Part shown: positions 23,079 through 35,064 of the stretch, in pieces
Layout of the letters: each line of letters opens with the position of its first letter
How positions within the stretch are numbered: the first letter of the stretch is position 1
Origin: Hypanus sabinus
Lineage: Eukaryota
DNA length: 64,000 nt
Reading direction: 5' to 3'
Assembly: GCF_030144855.1 (NCBI RefSeq)
Contig: NC_082710.1
Location: forward strand, 184,822,001-184,886,000
Program-made: the position numbers and the translations under genes
Notes under the pieces: generated by a model
What the model saw: the letters and a program-made list of their open reading frames with translations, nothing else
Told to the model about the DNA's origin: nothing
The model's database searches: none

Positions 23079-24319
23079 TCTGCAACCCTGCAATCCTCTG
23101 GAACCTCTCCTGTCCTCACTGATGATGCAAACATCATCGTCAGAGGCTCAGCAATCTTCTCCCTTACCTCCCACAGTAGCCTGGGGTACATCTCGTCCAG
23201 TCCCAGTGACTTATTCAGATTGATGCTTTCCAAAAGCTCCAGCACATCCTCTTTCTTAATATCTACATGCTCAAGCTTTTCAGTCTGCTGTAAGTCATCA
23301 CTACAATTGCCTTCTGAAAATCCAAGCAAATAACATCCACTGCCTTTCCTTTAGCCACCCTACTTGTTACTCCCTCGAAGAACTCGGGCAAGATTTCCCC
23401 TTACAGAAACCATGCTGACTTTGGCTTATTTCATCATTAGTTTCCAAGTACCTCAAAACCTCATCCTTAATAATAGACTCCAACACTTTAAGAACCACTG
23501 AGGTTAAGCTAACTGGCCTGTAATTTCCTCTATTTAGCCTTCCTCCCTTCTTGAAGAGTGGAGTGACAGTTGCGATCTTCTGGTTGTCCAGGACCTGTTA
23601 AGTTCATCCGCCATTTGTTTGTCCCCCATTAGTACCTCACCAACATCGTTTTCCAATGGTCCAGTATCAACTGTCACCTCCCTTTTACTCTTTAAACAAC
23701 TGAAAACCAGTCAGATTTGACCAGTCAGGATCATTAATCTTGAGCCTGAACTCAGTGTCTGGCCTCCTCCCTTTGGCATGGGTGAATCTACCAAGAGCCA
23801 AAGCACACAGCCCTGGCTCCAGCCAATTGGGTCATTGAGTCACCCAAGTCGCCAAATCATGACAAGGTTCTGGTCCCCACCACCCACCTTCTTCTGGTTT
23901 CTTCCCCTCTGCTTTCCAGTCGTGATGAAGGATCTCAGCTGGAAACGTTGACTGATTATTCCCCTCCAAAGATTCTGTTAGACCTGCTGAGTTTCTCCAG
24001 CATTTTGTGACCAGGGGAGGTTTGCTTGTAAGTCAAGCTTGCATCCTGTTGTACCTAGACAGGGTATAAGTGCCTTGAAAATGAGCACTTAGTATGTACA
24101 GAATCAGAGTCAGGTTTAATATCACTGGTATATGTCGTAAAAATTGTTTTGTGGCAGCACTACATTGAAATACATAATAAATAAAATAAGAAATATGTTT
24201 TTGATTTAAGTAAGTTGTGAAAAAACAGCAAGAAACAGCAAGGGCACGCATCAGGTGTAAACTTAAACTGAGGTGGGTGGTAAATAATATGGAACTTACA
24301 CATAATGATATTGAAATAA

Positions 24320-24615
24320 CAGGGAGGTATAGTTGTGTATTGCTGTTCAGCGCCAGCAATTGGCGTTCAGTTCCTGTCACTGTCTGTAAGGAGTTTGTAT
24401 GTTCTGCCCGTGACTGGATTTCTTCTGGGTGCTCTGGTTTCCTCCCACATTCCAAAGACATTTGGGTTAGGGTTAATGGCAAGCCAGAAGCATGGCATCG
24501 CTTGTGGTCGGCCCCAGCACAATCGTCGTACTGTGTTGGCCATCCCATTTCACTATGTTTCCGTATACCTGTGACAAATAAAGCTAATCTTGATCTTCTT
24601 TCTTTAACATTTGAT
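24320..24615 (+). mobile_element. V-SINE-like SINE
   Basis: ctgtaaggagtttgtatgttct..gggtgctctggtttcctcccacattccaaagac core; gtgacaaataaagctaatct tail. Confidence 0.65.
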
Positions 24616-26119
24616 TGAAATGTTCTTAGCAATGTTTAGAAGGTAGTGGAGCAGAGGGGATTTCTTCTTGTGGGAGAATCTGCAACAAGGAGGCCACTGT
24701 TCTACACATTCCAAACTCAGATGAGGTGTTTGTGTTCACTGTCAGGTGGTCATTTGACCTGCAACAATCTCTGAAAGCAGAGTCTGTGAGTATGAAGGCA
24801 GAGGTGGAGCTGGGAATGCATCTGAGGTTACATTCAGACCGGTCGTCATCCTACTTCAAGGCTCTCCTTTGGTCGGGGTTGACCATGCGTGTTATGTCTT
24901 AGCTGTCTGCGTTTGATTCGTGAGCCAGAACGCAGGCCAGGGCAGTATGATGAGGAGCAAGCAGTTCCCCCTCCCCACACAGGAATGGCAGAGACCAATA
25001 CAGTTTGGCAGGAGTTGCCAGTATGACTGCTTTAGAGACTCCAGCTGTGGAATTTTCCTTGAGGTTTACTCCAGAAGTCCTCCTCAAGAGTGGGTGTAGC
25101 TACAGTGCAGCAGAAGTTCTCCTCTTTGATGAGCTGCCAGCCACAGCTGATGAGCCTAAGTGTCTGGTTTTAAGGCACCTGTAACCCACCTCCTATCAGT
25201 AGGAAATGAAGGCCAGGAGACGATATTGGTTGTCGGGGGCTATTTGAGACACACGCCATCGGGAGCTTATCCCCACTAACATGCCTGGCTATGACAACCT
25301 TAAGGAACTATCCTACTAAGTAGCAGAATATGTTTGAGGGGCTGAGTGGCCTACGGTGTACGTTCAGTGTGCTCTGCAGGGTGGACAATCCCAAGGTTTC
25401 GCTGCCCTCTGAATGCAATGCCGGCCTTTCCCGATCAGCCTGTCTGCGAGTCTGCAAGTCTAGGACGTGTATCTGGGGTGGAGGCCCAACGATACAAAAA
25501 GTGCAGGTATAATCAAGTAAAGGTTCTTTTAAGGGCAAAGAAGTTATTCCAGTTGAAGTTAGAGACAGAATCAATGCCTCAAAGTGGAGACATCCATCGT
25601 TCACAACCCCTATCAACCCATGCCTCTCAATTCTGCATTGCAGAGTACTGCTGACGCAAAACAGGAGGAGAGTGTTTAGTGTAAATTGGCTCACTTTGTG
25701 GGCCGAATGGCCTGTTCAGTGCTGTGCTGTGCTATAAATTCCTGTTAAATGTTGGAATGGACACCAAATACACACTCACACCATCCTCTGAGCGAAGAAG
25801 CTCCCCCTCATGTTCCCCTTAAATATTTCACCTTTCACTCTTCTAGTTGTAGCCTCGCCTAACCTCGGGTGAAAAAGCCTGCTTACGTTTACCCTTTTGG
25901 ATAGCCCTCATAATTTTGAATACCTCTATAAAATCTCCCCTCATCCTCCTATGCTCCAGCGAATAAAATCCTAATTCAGGTCCTCAACTCCTGGCTCCAT
26001 CTTGTAAATTTTTTTCTGTACACTTTCAATCATACTTCCACATTCAGTTTTAATCTAAATCTTGCTGAATCTTTTCACAACCTTCCTCACCATCTTCAAT
26101 TCAGACGTTTAGTGTTGTC

Positions 26120-29100
26120 TGCAAACCAGCCCTCCAGCACAGACAGAACAGACAGACCAGCCCACCAGCATAAACAGAACACAGACCAGCCCACCAGCAC
26201 AGACAGACCAGCCCACCAGCACAGACAGAACACAGACCAGCCCACCAGCATAAACAGAACAGACGGATCAGCCCACCAGCACAGACAGACCAGCCCACCA
26301 GCAGAGACAGAACACAGACCAGCCCACCAGCAGAGACAGAACAGACAGACCAGCCCACCAGCATAAACAGAACACAGACCAGCCCACCAGCACAGACAGA
26401 CCAGCCCACCAGCACAGACAGAACACAGACCAGCCCACCAGCACAGACAGACCAGCCCACCAGCACAGACAGAACACAGACCAGCCCACCAGCACAGACA
26501 GAACACAGACCAGCCCACCAGCACAGACAGAACACAGACCAGCCCACCAGCATAAACAGAACAGACGGATCAGCCCACCAGCAGAGACAGAACACAGACC
26601 AGCCCACCAGCAGAGACAGAACAGACAGACCAGCCCACCAGCATAAACAGAACACAGACCAGCCCACCAGCACAGACAGACCAGCCCACCAGCACAGACA
26701 GAACACAGACCAGCCCACCAGCACAGACAGAACACAGACCAGCCCACCAGCACAGACAGAACACAGACCAGCCCACCAGCACAGACAGAACACAGACCAG
26801 CCCACCAGCATAAACAGAACAGACAGACCAGCCCACCAGCACAGACAGAACACAGACCAGCCCACCAGCATAAACAGAACAGACAGACCAGCCCACCAGC
26901 ACAGACAGACCAGCCCACCAGCACAGACAGAACACAGACCAGCCCACCAGCACAGACAGAACACAGACCAGCCCACCAGCATAAACAGAACAGACGGACC
27001 AGCCCACCAGCAAAGACAAAACAGACAGACCAGCCCACCAGCAGAGACAGAACACAGACCAGCCCACCAGCAGAGACAGAACAGACAGACCAGCCCACCA
27101 GCACAGACAGAACACAGACCAGCCCACCAGCATAAACAGAACAGACGGACCAGCCCACCAGCAAAGACAAAACAGACAGACCAGCCCACCAGCACAGACA
27201 GAACACAGACCAGCCCACCAGCACAGACAGAACACAGACCAGCCCACCAGCACAGACAGAACACAGACCAGCCCACCAGCATAAACAGAACAGACGGACC
27301 AGCCCACCAGCAAAGACAAAACAGACAGACCAGCCCACCAGCACAGACAGAACACAGACCAGCCCACCAGCACAGACAGAACACAGACCAGCCCACCAGC
27401 ATAAACAGAACAGACAGACCAGCCCACCAGCAAAGACAAAACAGACAGACCAGCCCACCAGCAGAGACAGAACACAGACCAGCCCACCAGCAGAGACAGA
27501 ACAGACAGACCAGCCCACCAGCAGAGACAGAACAGACAGACCAGCCCACCAGCATAGACAAAACAGACAGACCAGCCCACCAGCAGAGACAGAACACAGA
27601 CCAGCCCACCAGCACAGACAGACCAGCCCACCAGCACAGACAGAACACAGACCAGCCCACCAGCACAGACAGAACACAGACCAGCCCACCAGCATAAGCA
27701 GAACAGACGGACCAGCCCACCAGCAAAGACAAAACAGACAGACCAGCCCACCAGCACAGACAGACCAGACAGACCAGCCCACCAGCACAGACAGAACACA
27801 GACCAGCCCACCAGCATAAACAGAACAGACAGACCAGCCCACCAGCATAAACAGAACAGACAGACCAGCCCACCAGCACAGACAGAACACAGACCAGCCC
27901 ACCAGCATAAACAGAACAGACAGACCAGCCCACCAGCATAAACAGAACAGACAGACCAGCCCACCAGCACAGACAGAACACAGACCAGCCCACCAGCACA
28001 GACAGAACACAGACCAGCCCACCAGCATAAACAGAACAGATGGACCAGCCCACCAGCAAAGACAAAACAGACAGACCAGCCCACCAGCAGAGACAGAACA
28101 CAGACCAGCCCACCAGCAGAGACAGAACAGACAGACCAGCCCACCAGCACAGACAGAACACAGACCAGCCCACCAGCATAAACAGAACAGACGGACCAGC
28201 CCACCAGCAAAGACAAAACAGACAGACCAGCCCACCAGCACAGACAGAACACAGACCAGCCCACCAGCACAGACAGAACACAGACCAGCCCACCAGCACA
28301 GACAGAACACAGACCAGCCCACCAGCATAAACAGAACAGACGGACCAGCCCACCAGCAAAGACAAAACAGACAGACCAGCCCACCAGCACAGACAGAACA
28401 CAGACCAGCCCACCAGCACAGACAGAACACAGACCAGCCCACCAGCATAAACAGAACAGACAGACCAGCCCACCAGCAAAGACAAAACAGACAGACCAGC
28501 CCACCAGCAGAGACAGAACACAGACCAGCCCACCAGCAGAGACAGAACAGACAGACCAGCCCACCAGCAGAGACAGAACAGACAGACCAGCCCACCAGCA
28601 TAGACAAAACAGACAGACCAGCCCACCAGCAGAGACAAAACAGACAGACCAGCCCACCAGCACAGACAGACCAGCCCACCAGCACAGACAGAACACAGAC
28701 CAGCCCACCAGCACAGACAGAACATAGACCAGCCCACCAGCATAAGCAGAACAGACGGACCAGCCCACCAGCAAAGACAAAACAGACAGACCAGCCCACC
28801 AGCACAGACAGAACACAGACCAGCCCACCAGCACAGACAGAACACAGACCAGCCCACCAGCATAAACAGAACAGACAGACCAGCCCACCAGCAAAGACAA
28901 AACAGACAGACCAGCCCACCAGCAGAGACAGAACAGACAGACCAGCCCACCAGCAGAGACAGAACAGACAGACCAGCCCACCAGCATAGACAAAACAGAC
29001 AGACCAGCCCACCAGCAGAGACAGAACACAGACCAGCCCACCAGCACAGACAGACCAGCCCACCAGCACAGACAGAACACAGACCAGCCCACCAGCACAG

Positions 29101-31089
29101 ACAGAACACAGACCAGCCCACCAGCACAGACAGAACACAGACCAGCCCACCAGCATAAACAGAACAGACAGACCAGCCCACCAGCACAGACAGAACACAG
29201 ACCAGCCCACCAGCACAGACAGAACACAGACCAGCCCACCAGCACAGACAGAACACAGACCAGCCCACCAGCATAAACAGAACAGACGGACCAGCCCACC
29301 AGCAAAGACAAAACAGACAGACCAGCCCACCAGCACAGACAGAACACAGACCAGCCCACCAGCACAGACAGAACACAGACCAGCCCACCAGCATAAACAG
29401 AACAGACAGACCAGCCCACCAGCAAAGACAAAACAGACAGACCAGCCCACCAGCAGAGACAGAACACAGACCAGCCCACCAGCAGAGACAGAACAGACAG
29501 ACCAGCCCACCAGCAGAGACAGAACAGACAGACCAGCCCACCAGCATAGACAAAACAGACTGACCAGCCCACCAGCAGAGACAAAACAGACAGACCAGCC
29601 CACCAGCACAGACAGACCAGCCCACCAGCACAGACAGAACACAGACCAGCCCACCAGCATAAGCAGAACAGACGGACCAGCCCACCAGCAAAGACAAAAC
29701 AGACAGACCAGCCCACCAGCACAGACAGAACACAGACCAGCCCACCAGCACAGACAGAACACAGACCAGCCCACCAGCATAAACAGAACAGACAGACCAG
29801 CCCACCAGCAAAGACAAAACAGACAGACCAGCCCACCAGCAGAGACAGAACAGACAGACCAGCCCACCAGCAGAGACAGAACAGACAGACCAGCCCACCA
29901 GCATAGACAAAACAGACAGACCAGCCCACCAGCAGAGACAGAACACAGACCAGCCCACCAGCACAGACAGACCAGCCCACCAGCACAGACAGAACACAGA
30001 CCAGCCCACCAGCACAGACAGAACACAGACCAGCCCACCAGCAAAAAACAGAACAGACAGACCAGCCCACCAGCAAAGACAAAACAGACAGACCAGCCCA
30101 CCAGCAGAGACAGAACACAGACCAGCCCACCAGCAGAGACAGAACAGACAGACCAGCCCACCAGCAGAGACAGAACAGACAGACCAGCCCACCAGCATAG
30201 ACAAAACAGACAGACCAGCCCACCAGCAGAGACAGAACACAGACCAGCCCACCAGCATAGACAAAACAGACAGACCAGCCCACCAGCAGAGACAGAACAG
30301 ATAGACCAGCCCACCAGCATAGACAGAACAGATGGACCAGCCCACCAGCAGAGACAGAACACAGACCAGCCCACCAGCATAGACAAAACAGACAGACGAG
30401 CCCACCAGCAGAGACAGAACAGATAAACCAGCCCACCAGCAGAGACAGAACAGATGGACCAGCCCACCAGCAGAGACAGAACACAGACCAGCCCACCAGC
30501 ATAGACAAAACAGACAGACCAGCCCACCAGCAGAGACAGAACAGATAAACCAGCCCACCAGCAGAGACAGAACAGATGGACCAGCCCACCAGCAGAGACA
30601 GAACACAGACCAGCCCACCAGCATAGACAAAACACAGACCAGCCCACCAGCAGAGACAGAACAGACAGACCAGCCCACCAGCAGAGACAGAACACAGAGC
30701 AGCCCACCAGCATAGACAAAACAGACAGACCAGCCCACCAGCAGAGACAGAACAGATAGACCAGCCCACCAGCATAGACAGAACAGATGGACCAGCCCAC
30801 CAGCAGAGACAGAACAGATAAACCAGCCCACCAGCAGAGACAGAACAGATGGACCAGCCCACCAGCAGAGACAGAACACAGACCAGCCCACCAGCATAGA
30901 CAAAACAGACAGACCAGCCCACCAGCAGAGACAGAACAGATAAACCAGCCCACCAGCAGAGACAAAACAGACAGACCAGCCCACCAGTAGAGACAGAATA
31001 GACAGACCAGCCCACCAGCAGAGACAGAACAGACAGACCAGCCCACCAGCAGAGACAGAACAGACAGACCAGCCCACCAGCATAGACAA
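26120..31089 (+). repeat. Variant-unit minisatellite (22/29/31 bp), ~5 kb, roughly 170 units
   Basis: Nearly constant core gaccagcccaccagca plus a variable (acag)-rich linker; + strand very T-poor. Confidence 0.97.
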
Positions 31090-31236
31090 TATTAGACGGT
31101 AACACATAGGAGCTGAATTAGGCCATTTGGCCCATTGATATTTAATATGGATTTTGTGATATTGGGATATTGAATCTATCAACATTCTACATCCCTTGAT
31201 CTTCCGGATTGTCCTACTACGATTGATCTTGTAAAG

Positions 31237-31309
31237 CAGGGGGTCCCAACTTGCATGGACCAATACCATTAAGCAAGGAGTTCAGTGGACCCCAGGTTGG
31301 GAACCACTG
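31237..31309. mobile_element. 73-bp hAT-type MITE
   Basis: TIRs cagggggtcccaac / gttgggaaccactg; imperfect 8-bp flanks ttgtaaag / ttctgaag. Confidence 0.6.
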
Positions 31310-31484
31310 TTCTGAAGTATACAACATCCACAACCTGACCCTCACCAGTCATCTTTATCACCTGCTCAACAAAAACTTTCACGTTTGTAAGATATTTGAG
31401 GTATTCATTGTCTTTCACTGAGATCACCTCTGTTTCTACTAGATCCTAAGTAGAAGAAGCCTGATCTACTCCATCCCTCCTCAC

Positions 31485-32900
31485 AGAAACATAGAAAATA
31501 GGTGCAGGAGTGGGCCGTTCGGCCCTTCGACCCTGCATCGCCATTCAGTATGATCATGGCTGATCATCCAACTCAAAACCCTGTACCTGCTTTCTCTCCA
31601 TACCCCCGATCCCTTTAGCTACAAGGGCCATATCTAACTTAAATATAGCCAATGAACCAGCCTCAACTGTTTCCTGTGGCAGAGAATTCCACAGATTCAC
31701 CACTCTCTGTGTGAAGAAGTTTTTCCTCATCTCGGTCCTAAAAGGCTTCCCCTTTATCCTTAAACTGTGACCCCTCGTTCTGGACTTCCCCAACATCGGA
31801 AACAATCTTCCTACATCTACCCTGTCCAATCCCTTTAGAATTTTATACATTTCAATAAGATCCCCCCTCAATCTTCTAAATTCCAGTGGGTATAAGCCTA
31901 GTCGATCCAGTCTTTCTTCATATGAAAGTCCTGCCATCCCAGGAATCAATCTGGTGAACCTTCTCTGTACTTCCTCTATGGCAAGAATGTCTTTCCTCAG
32001 ATTAGGGGACCAAAACTGCACACAATACTCTAGGTGCGGTCTCACCAAGGCCTTGTACAACTGCAGTAGAACCTCCCTGCTCCTGTACTCAAATCCTTTT
32101 GCTATGAATGCCAACATACCATTTGCCTTTTTCACCGCCTGCTGTACCTGCATGCCCACCTTCAATGACTGGTGTACAATGACACCCAGGTCTCGTTGCA
32201 CCTCCCCTTTTCCTAATCGGCCACCGTTCAGATAATAATCTGTTTTCCTGTTCTTGCAGCCAAAGTGGATAACCTCACATTTATCCACATTAAATTGCAT
32301 CTGCCATGAATTTGCCCACTCACCTAACCTATCCAAGTCACCCTGCATCCTCTCAGCATCCTCCTCACAGCTAACGCCTCTGCCCAGCTTTGTGTCATCC
32401 GCCAACTTGGAGATGCTGCATTTAATTCCCTCATCTAAATCATTAATATATATTGTAAACAACTGGGGTCCCAGCACTGAGCCTTGCGGTACCCCACTAG
32501 TCATTGCCTGCCATTCTGAAAAGGTCCCGTTTACTCTTACTCTTTGCTTCCTGTCTGCCAACCAATTCTCTATCCACATCAATACCATACCCCCAATACC
32601 GTGTGCTTTAAGTTTGCACACTAATCTCCTGTGTGGGACCTTGTCAAAAGCCTTTTGAAAATCTAAATATACCACATCCACTGGCTCTCCCCTATCCACT
32701 CTACTAGTTACATCTTCAAAGAATTCTATAAGATTCGTCAGACATGATTTTCCTTTCACAAATCCATGCTGACTTTGTCTGATGATTTCACCTCTTTCCA
32801 AATGTGCTGTTATCACATCTTTGATAACCGACTCTAGCATTTTCCCCACCACTAACCGGTCTATAATTCCCCGGTTTCTCTCTCCCTCCTTTTTTGAAAG
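31485..32900 (-). mobile_element. Young 5'-truncated CR1 LINE with an open RT reading frame (ORF 31554-32954)
   Basis: QHGFVKGKSCLTNL, YLDFQKAFDKVPH, GVPQGSVLGP, LADDTKLG motifs; no endonuclease domain; CR1 3' tail. Confidence 0.95.
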
Positions 32901-33044
32901 GATCTCATGTGACAGATCGGCCACATCACAGGGACCAGTCTGGTGAATCTGCATGGTACTCGCTCAGTAGTTAACAAATACTTTTACTGAGATAAGGACA
33001 CTAAATTATGTGGTGGTTTACACCAACAATGTGAACATAAATTA

Positions 33045-33485
33045 TGACACTCCAGCTTGAAGGCATCAACATCAATTTCTCTAACCTCTCGTAACTTCTG
33101 CCACCTCCCCCTTCTCTCTTTTTCCCTTCCCCATTCTAGCTCCCCTCTCACCCCTTCTCCTCACTTGCCCATCACCTCCTTCTGGCTCCCCTTCTCTTCC
33201 CATGTCCACTCTTCCTCCCCTATTAGATTCCTTCTTCTCCACCCCTTTACCTCTCACCTATCACCTCCCAGCTTTTTACTTCATCCCCCTCTGTCTGCCA
33301 CACACTCACTTTCCCTTTCATGAGGTCTCACCTATCACCATCCAGCTTGTACCCTTCCTCCCTTCCCACCTTTTCCTGGCTTTTTCCCGTTCCTTTTCAG
33401 TCCTGGTGAAGGGTCTCGGCCCGAAACATCCCCTCCATATATGCTGCCTGACCTGCTGAGTCAATATGGCGTTTTATGTGTGATT
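33045..33485 (+). mobile_element. Penelope-like element 3' end
   Basis: LQLEGINI.FSN-like ORF end, pyrimidine-rich tract, hammerhead-like motif, gctgcctgacctgctgag tail. Confidence 0.65.
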
Positions 33486-33814
33486 TTTTATTGTGCAGAA
33501 AGGAATGCATGCATGTGCTTTAAGTGTGGGCAGATCAGATCAATGCATGGTGTGTGTGTTGTTGTTAAATACGGGAGCTGAAAGTTGGAAATATGAAAGT
33601 CTTCATTCACAGAGCAAACCTCCAGTAGAGAGTCCAGAGAATCTCTCCCTGACACAACATTTCACACAGGTACCCTTAAACACTTCAACTGTTCTCTAAA
33701 TGGAGAGAAACTCAAAAATCCAAAGTGCAAAACGCCTTCACCTTTTGGCCCGAGACCCTTCATCAGAACTGCATGTGTTGCTTGGATTTCCAGCATCTTC
33801 AGACATTCTCTTGT

Positions 33815-34690
33815 TTGAGGTCAGCTTACAGGCTGGGTCAGTGGTATGGAAGACAAATCCAATGTTAGTACTCGTTTTGAGATAACTAGAATATAAAAGT
33901 AAGTATGAGATGTAAGGCTTTATAATTCATTGGTCAGACTGCACTTAGAGCATTGTGAGTGGTTTTGGGTCACTTATGAAAGGCTGAGCTGGCACTGTGG
34001 AGGGTCCAGAGGAGGTTCACGAGAATGATTCCAGGAATGAAAAGGTTAATGTATGAAGGGTGTTTGTTGGACCTAGGTCTGGTGTTCAGAAGAATGAGGG
34101 GGGAGGGTCTCAGATGACAATAAACATCTAACTATAGTTTCACAGTTTTGTTTGCTGTCATCACCTACAGGACTGAACATTAACATTTGGAATGTACTCA
34201 GGTTAATTTACAGAATTACCTGTTTACAATGTAGCACATCCCAACTAGCAGAGTTCAAAGTACAAAATAAAATTTATTATCAAAGTATGTATCACTGAAT
34301 TATGGCTGAAAAATTATAGCCGGCAGCTTGATGTCCAAGGATACTCACTGTAACGAGAGGATAGGCAGGACAGCAGAGGGGGCAGCATTGCACTGTTGGA
34401 ATTAAATCATTAGAAAGAAGTGTTGAATCATTGTGCATAGAGCTAAGGAACTGCAAGAGTAAAAAGATCCTGTTGAGAGTTGTACACTGACCCGCAGGTA
34501 GTAATAAGGATATGGCCAACAAGGGGAGATAGAAAACCCATGCCAGAAGGGCAATGTTACAATGGTTTTTGGGGACTTCAATATACAATAGATTGGGAAA
34601 ATCAGGTTGGTGCTGGATCCCAAGAAGGGAAATTTCTAGTGCCTAAGAGATGGCTTTATAGAGCAGCTCATAGTTGAGCCCACTTGAGGA
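33815..34690 (+). mobile_element. Old CR1 fragments (RT at 33815-34110; endonuclease at 34310-34690)
   Basis: Decayed LVRPHLE/RVQRRFTRMIPGM-like and IDWENQVG-like segments. Confidence 0.65.
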
Positions 34691-34759
34691 AACGTATCTC
34701 AGGGTTGTGTATGGTGACATATACTGTATTTACTGCAGATTCCCAGCAGCTGCACGGTT

Positions 34760-35000
34760 TATTCATTTATACAGAGTGGAACAGGCCCTTCGGCCCAACA
34801 AGTCGCAGCACCCGTTTAACCCCAGCCTAATCACAGGGCATTTCACAATGACCAGGTAACCTACCAACAATGGACTGTGGGAGGAAACCAGAGCACCAGG
34901 AGGAAACCCACACTGTCACGGGGAGAACACACAGACACCTTACAGAACACCGAGCTGTGAATGCCGTGAGCTGTAATCACGTTGTGCTAATCCCGTTGCA
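34760..35000 (-). mobile_element. V-SINE-like SINE, antisense, abutting the branch point of the ZBTB coding exon
   Basis: tgtgggaggaaaccagagcaccaggaggaaacccac is the reverse complement of the SINE core seen at ~13320 and ~24420. Confidence 0.7.
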
Positions 35001-35004
35001 TTTA

Positions 35005-35050
35005 CACTAATGTCCATCTCTACTTTGTGTCTCTCCCTTGCCCCCAGCAG
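35005..35050 (+). promoter_or_regulatory. 3' splice site of the ZBTB coding exon (branch point, pyrimidine tract, NAGNAG acceptor)
   Basis: cactaat at 35005-35011; ctttgtgtctctcccttgcccccag|cag ends 14-17 nt before the ATG. Confidence 0.8.
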
Positions 35051-35064
35051 CTGCTGCCCTGGCT

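Larger units (their letters stand above)
22050..23710 (-). mobile_element. Nested CR1 RT fragments hosting a mariner remnant and an opposite-strand CR1 insert
   Basis: Minus ORF KSLGLDEMYPRLLWEVREKIAEPL..GEVPEDCRVA; further antisense RT pieces. Confidence 0.75.

Noticed and set aside
26120-31089. CRISPR-like repeat-spacer appearance
   Set aside because: Spacers are 6-15 bp, drawn from a few recurring variants; no cas genes; eukaryotic context
26096-31269. Three 1500-1700 aa Cys/Trp-rich minus-strand ORFs
   Set aside because: The minus strand of the array is A-poor, so stops rarely form; all frames give the same permuted peptides
31554-32954. 466-aa ORF as a host or domesticated RT gene
   Set aside because: Ordinary 5'-truncated CR1 with 3' tail; the ATG and first residues come from flanking DNA
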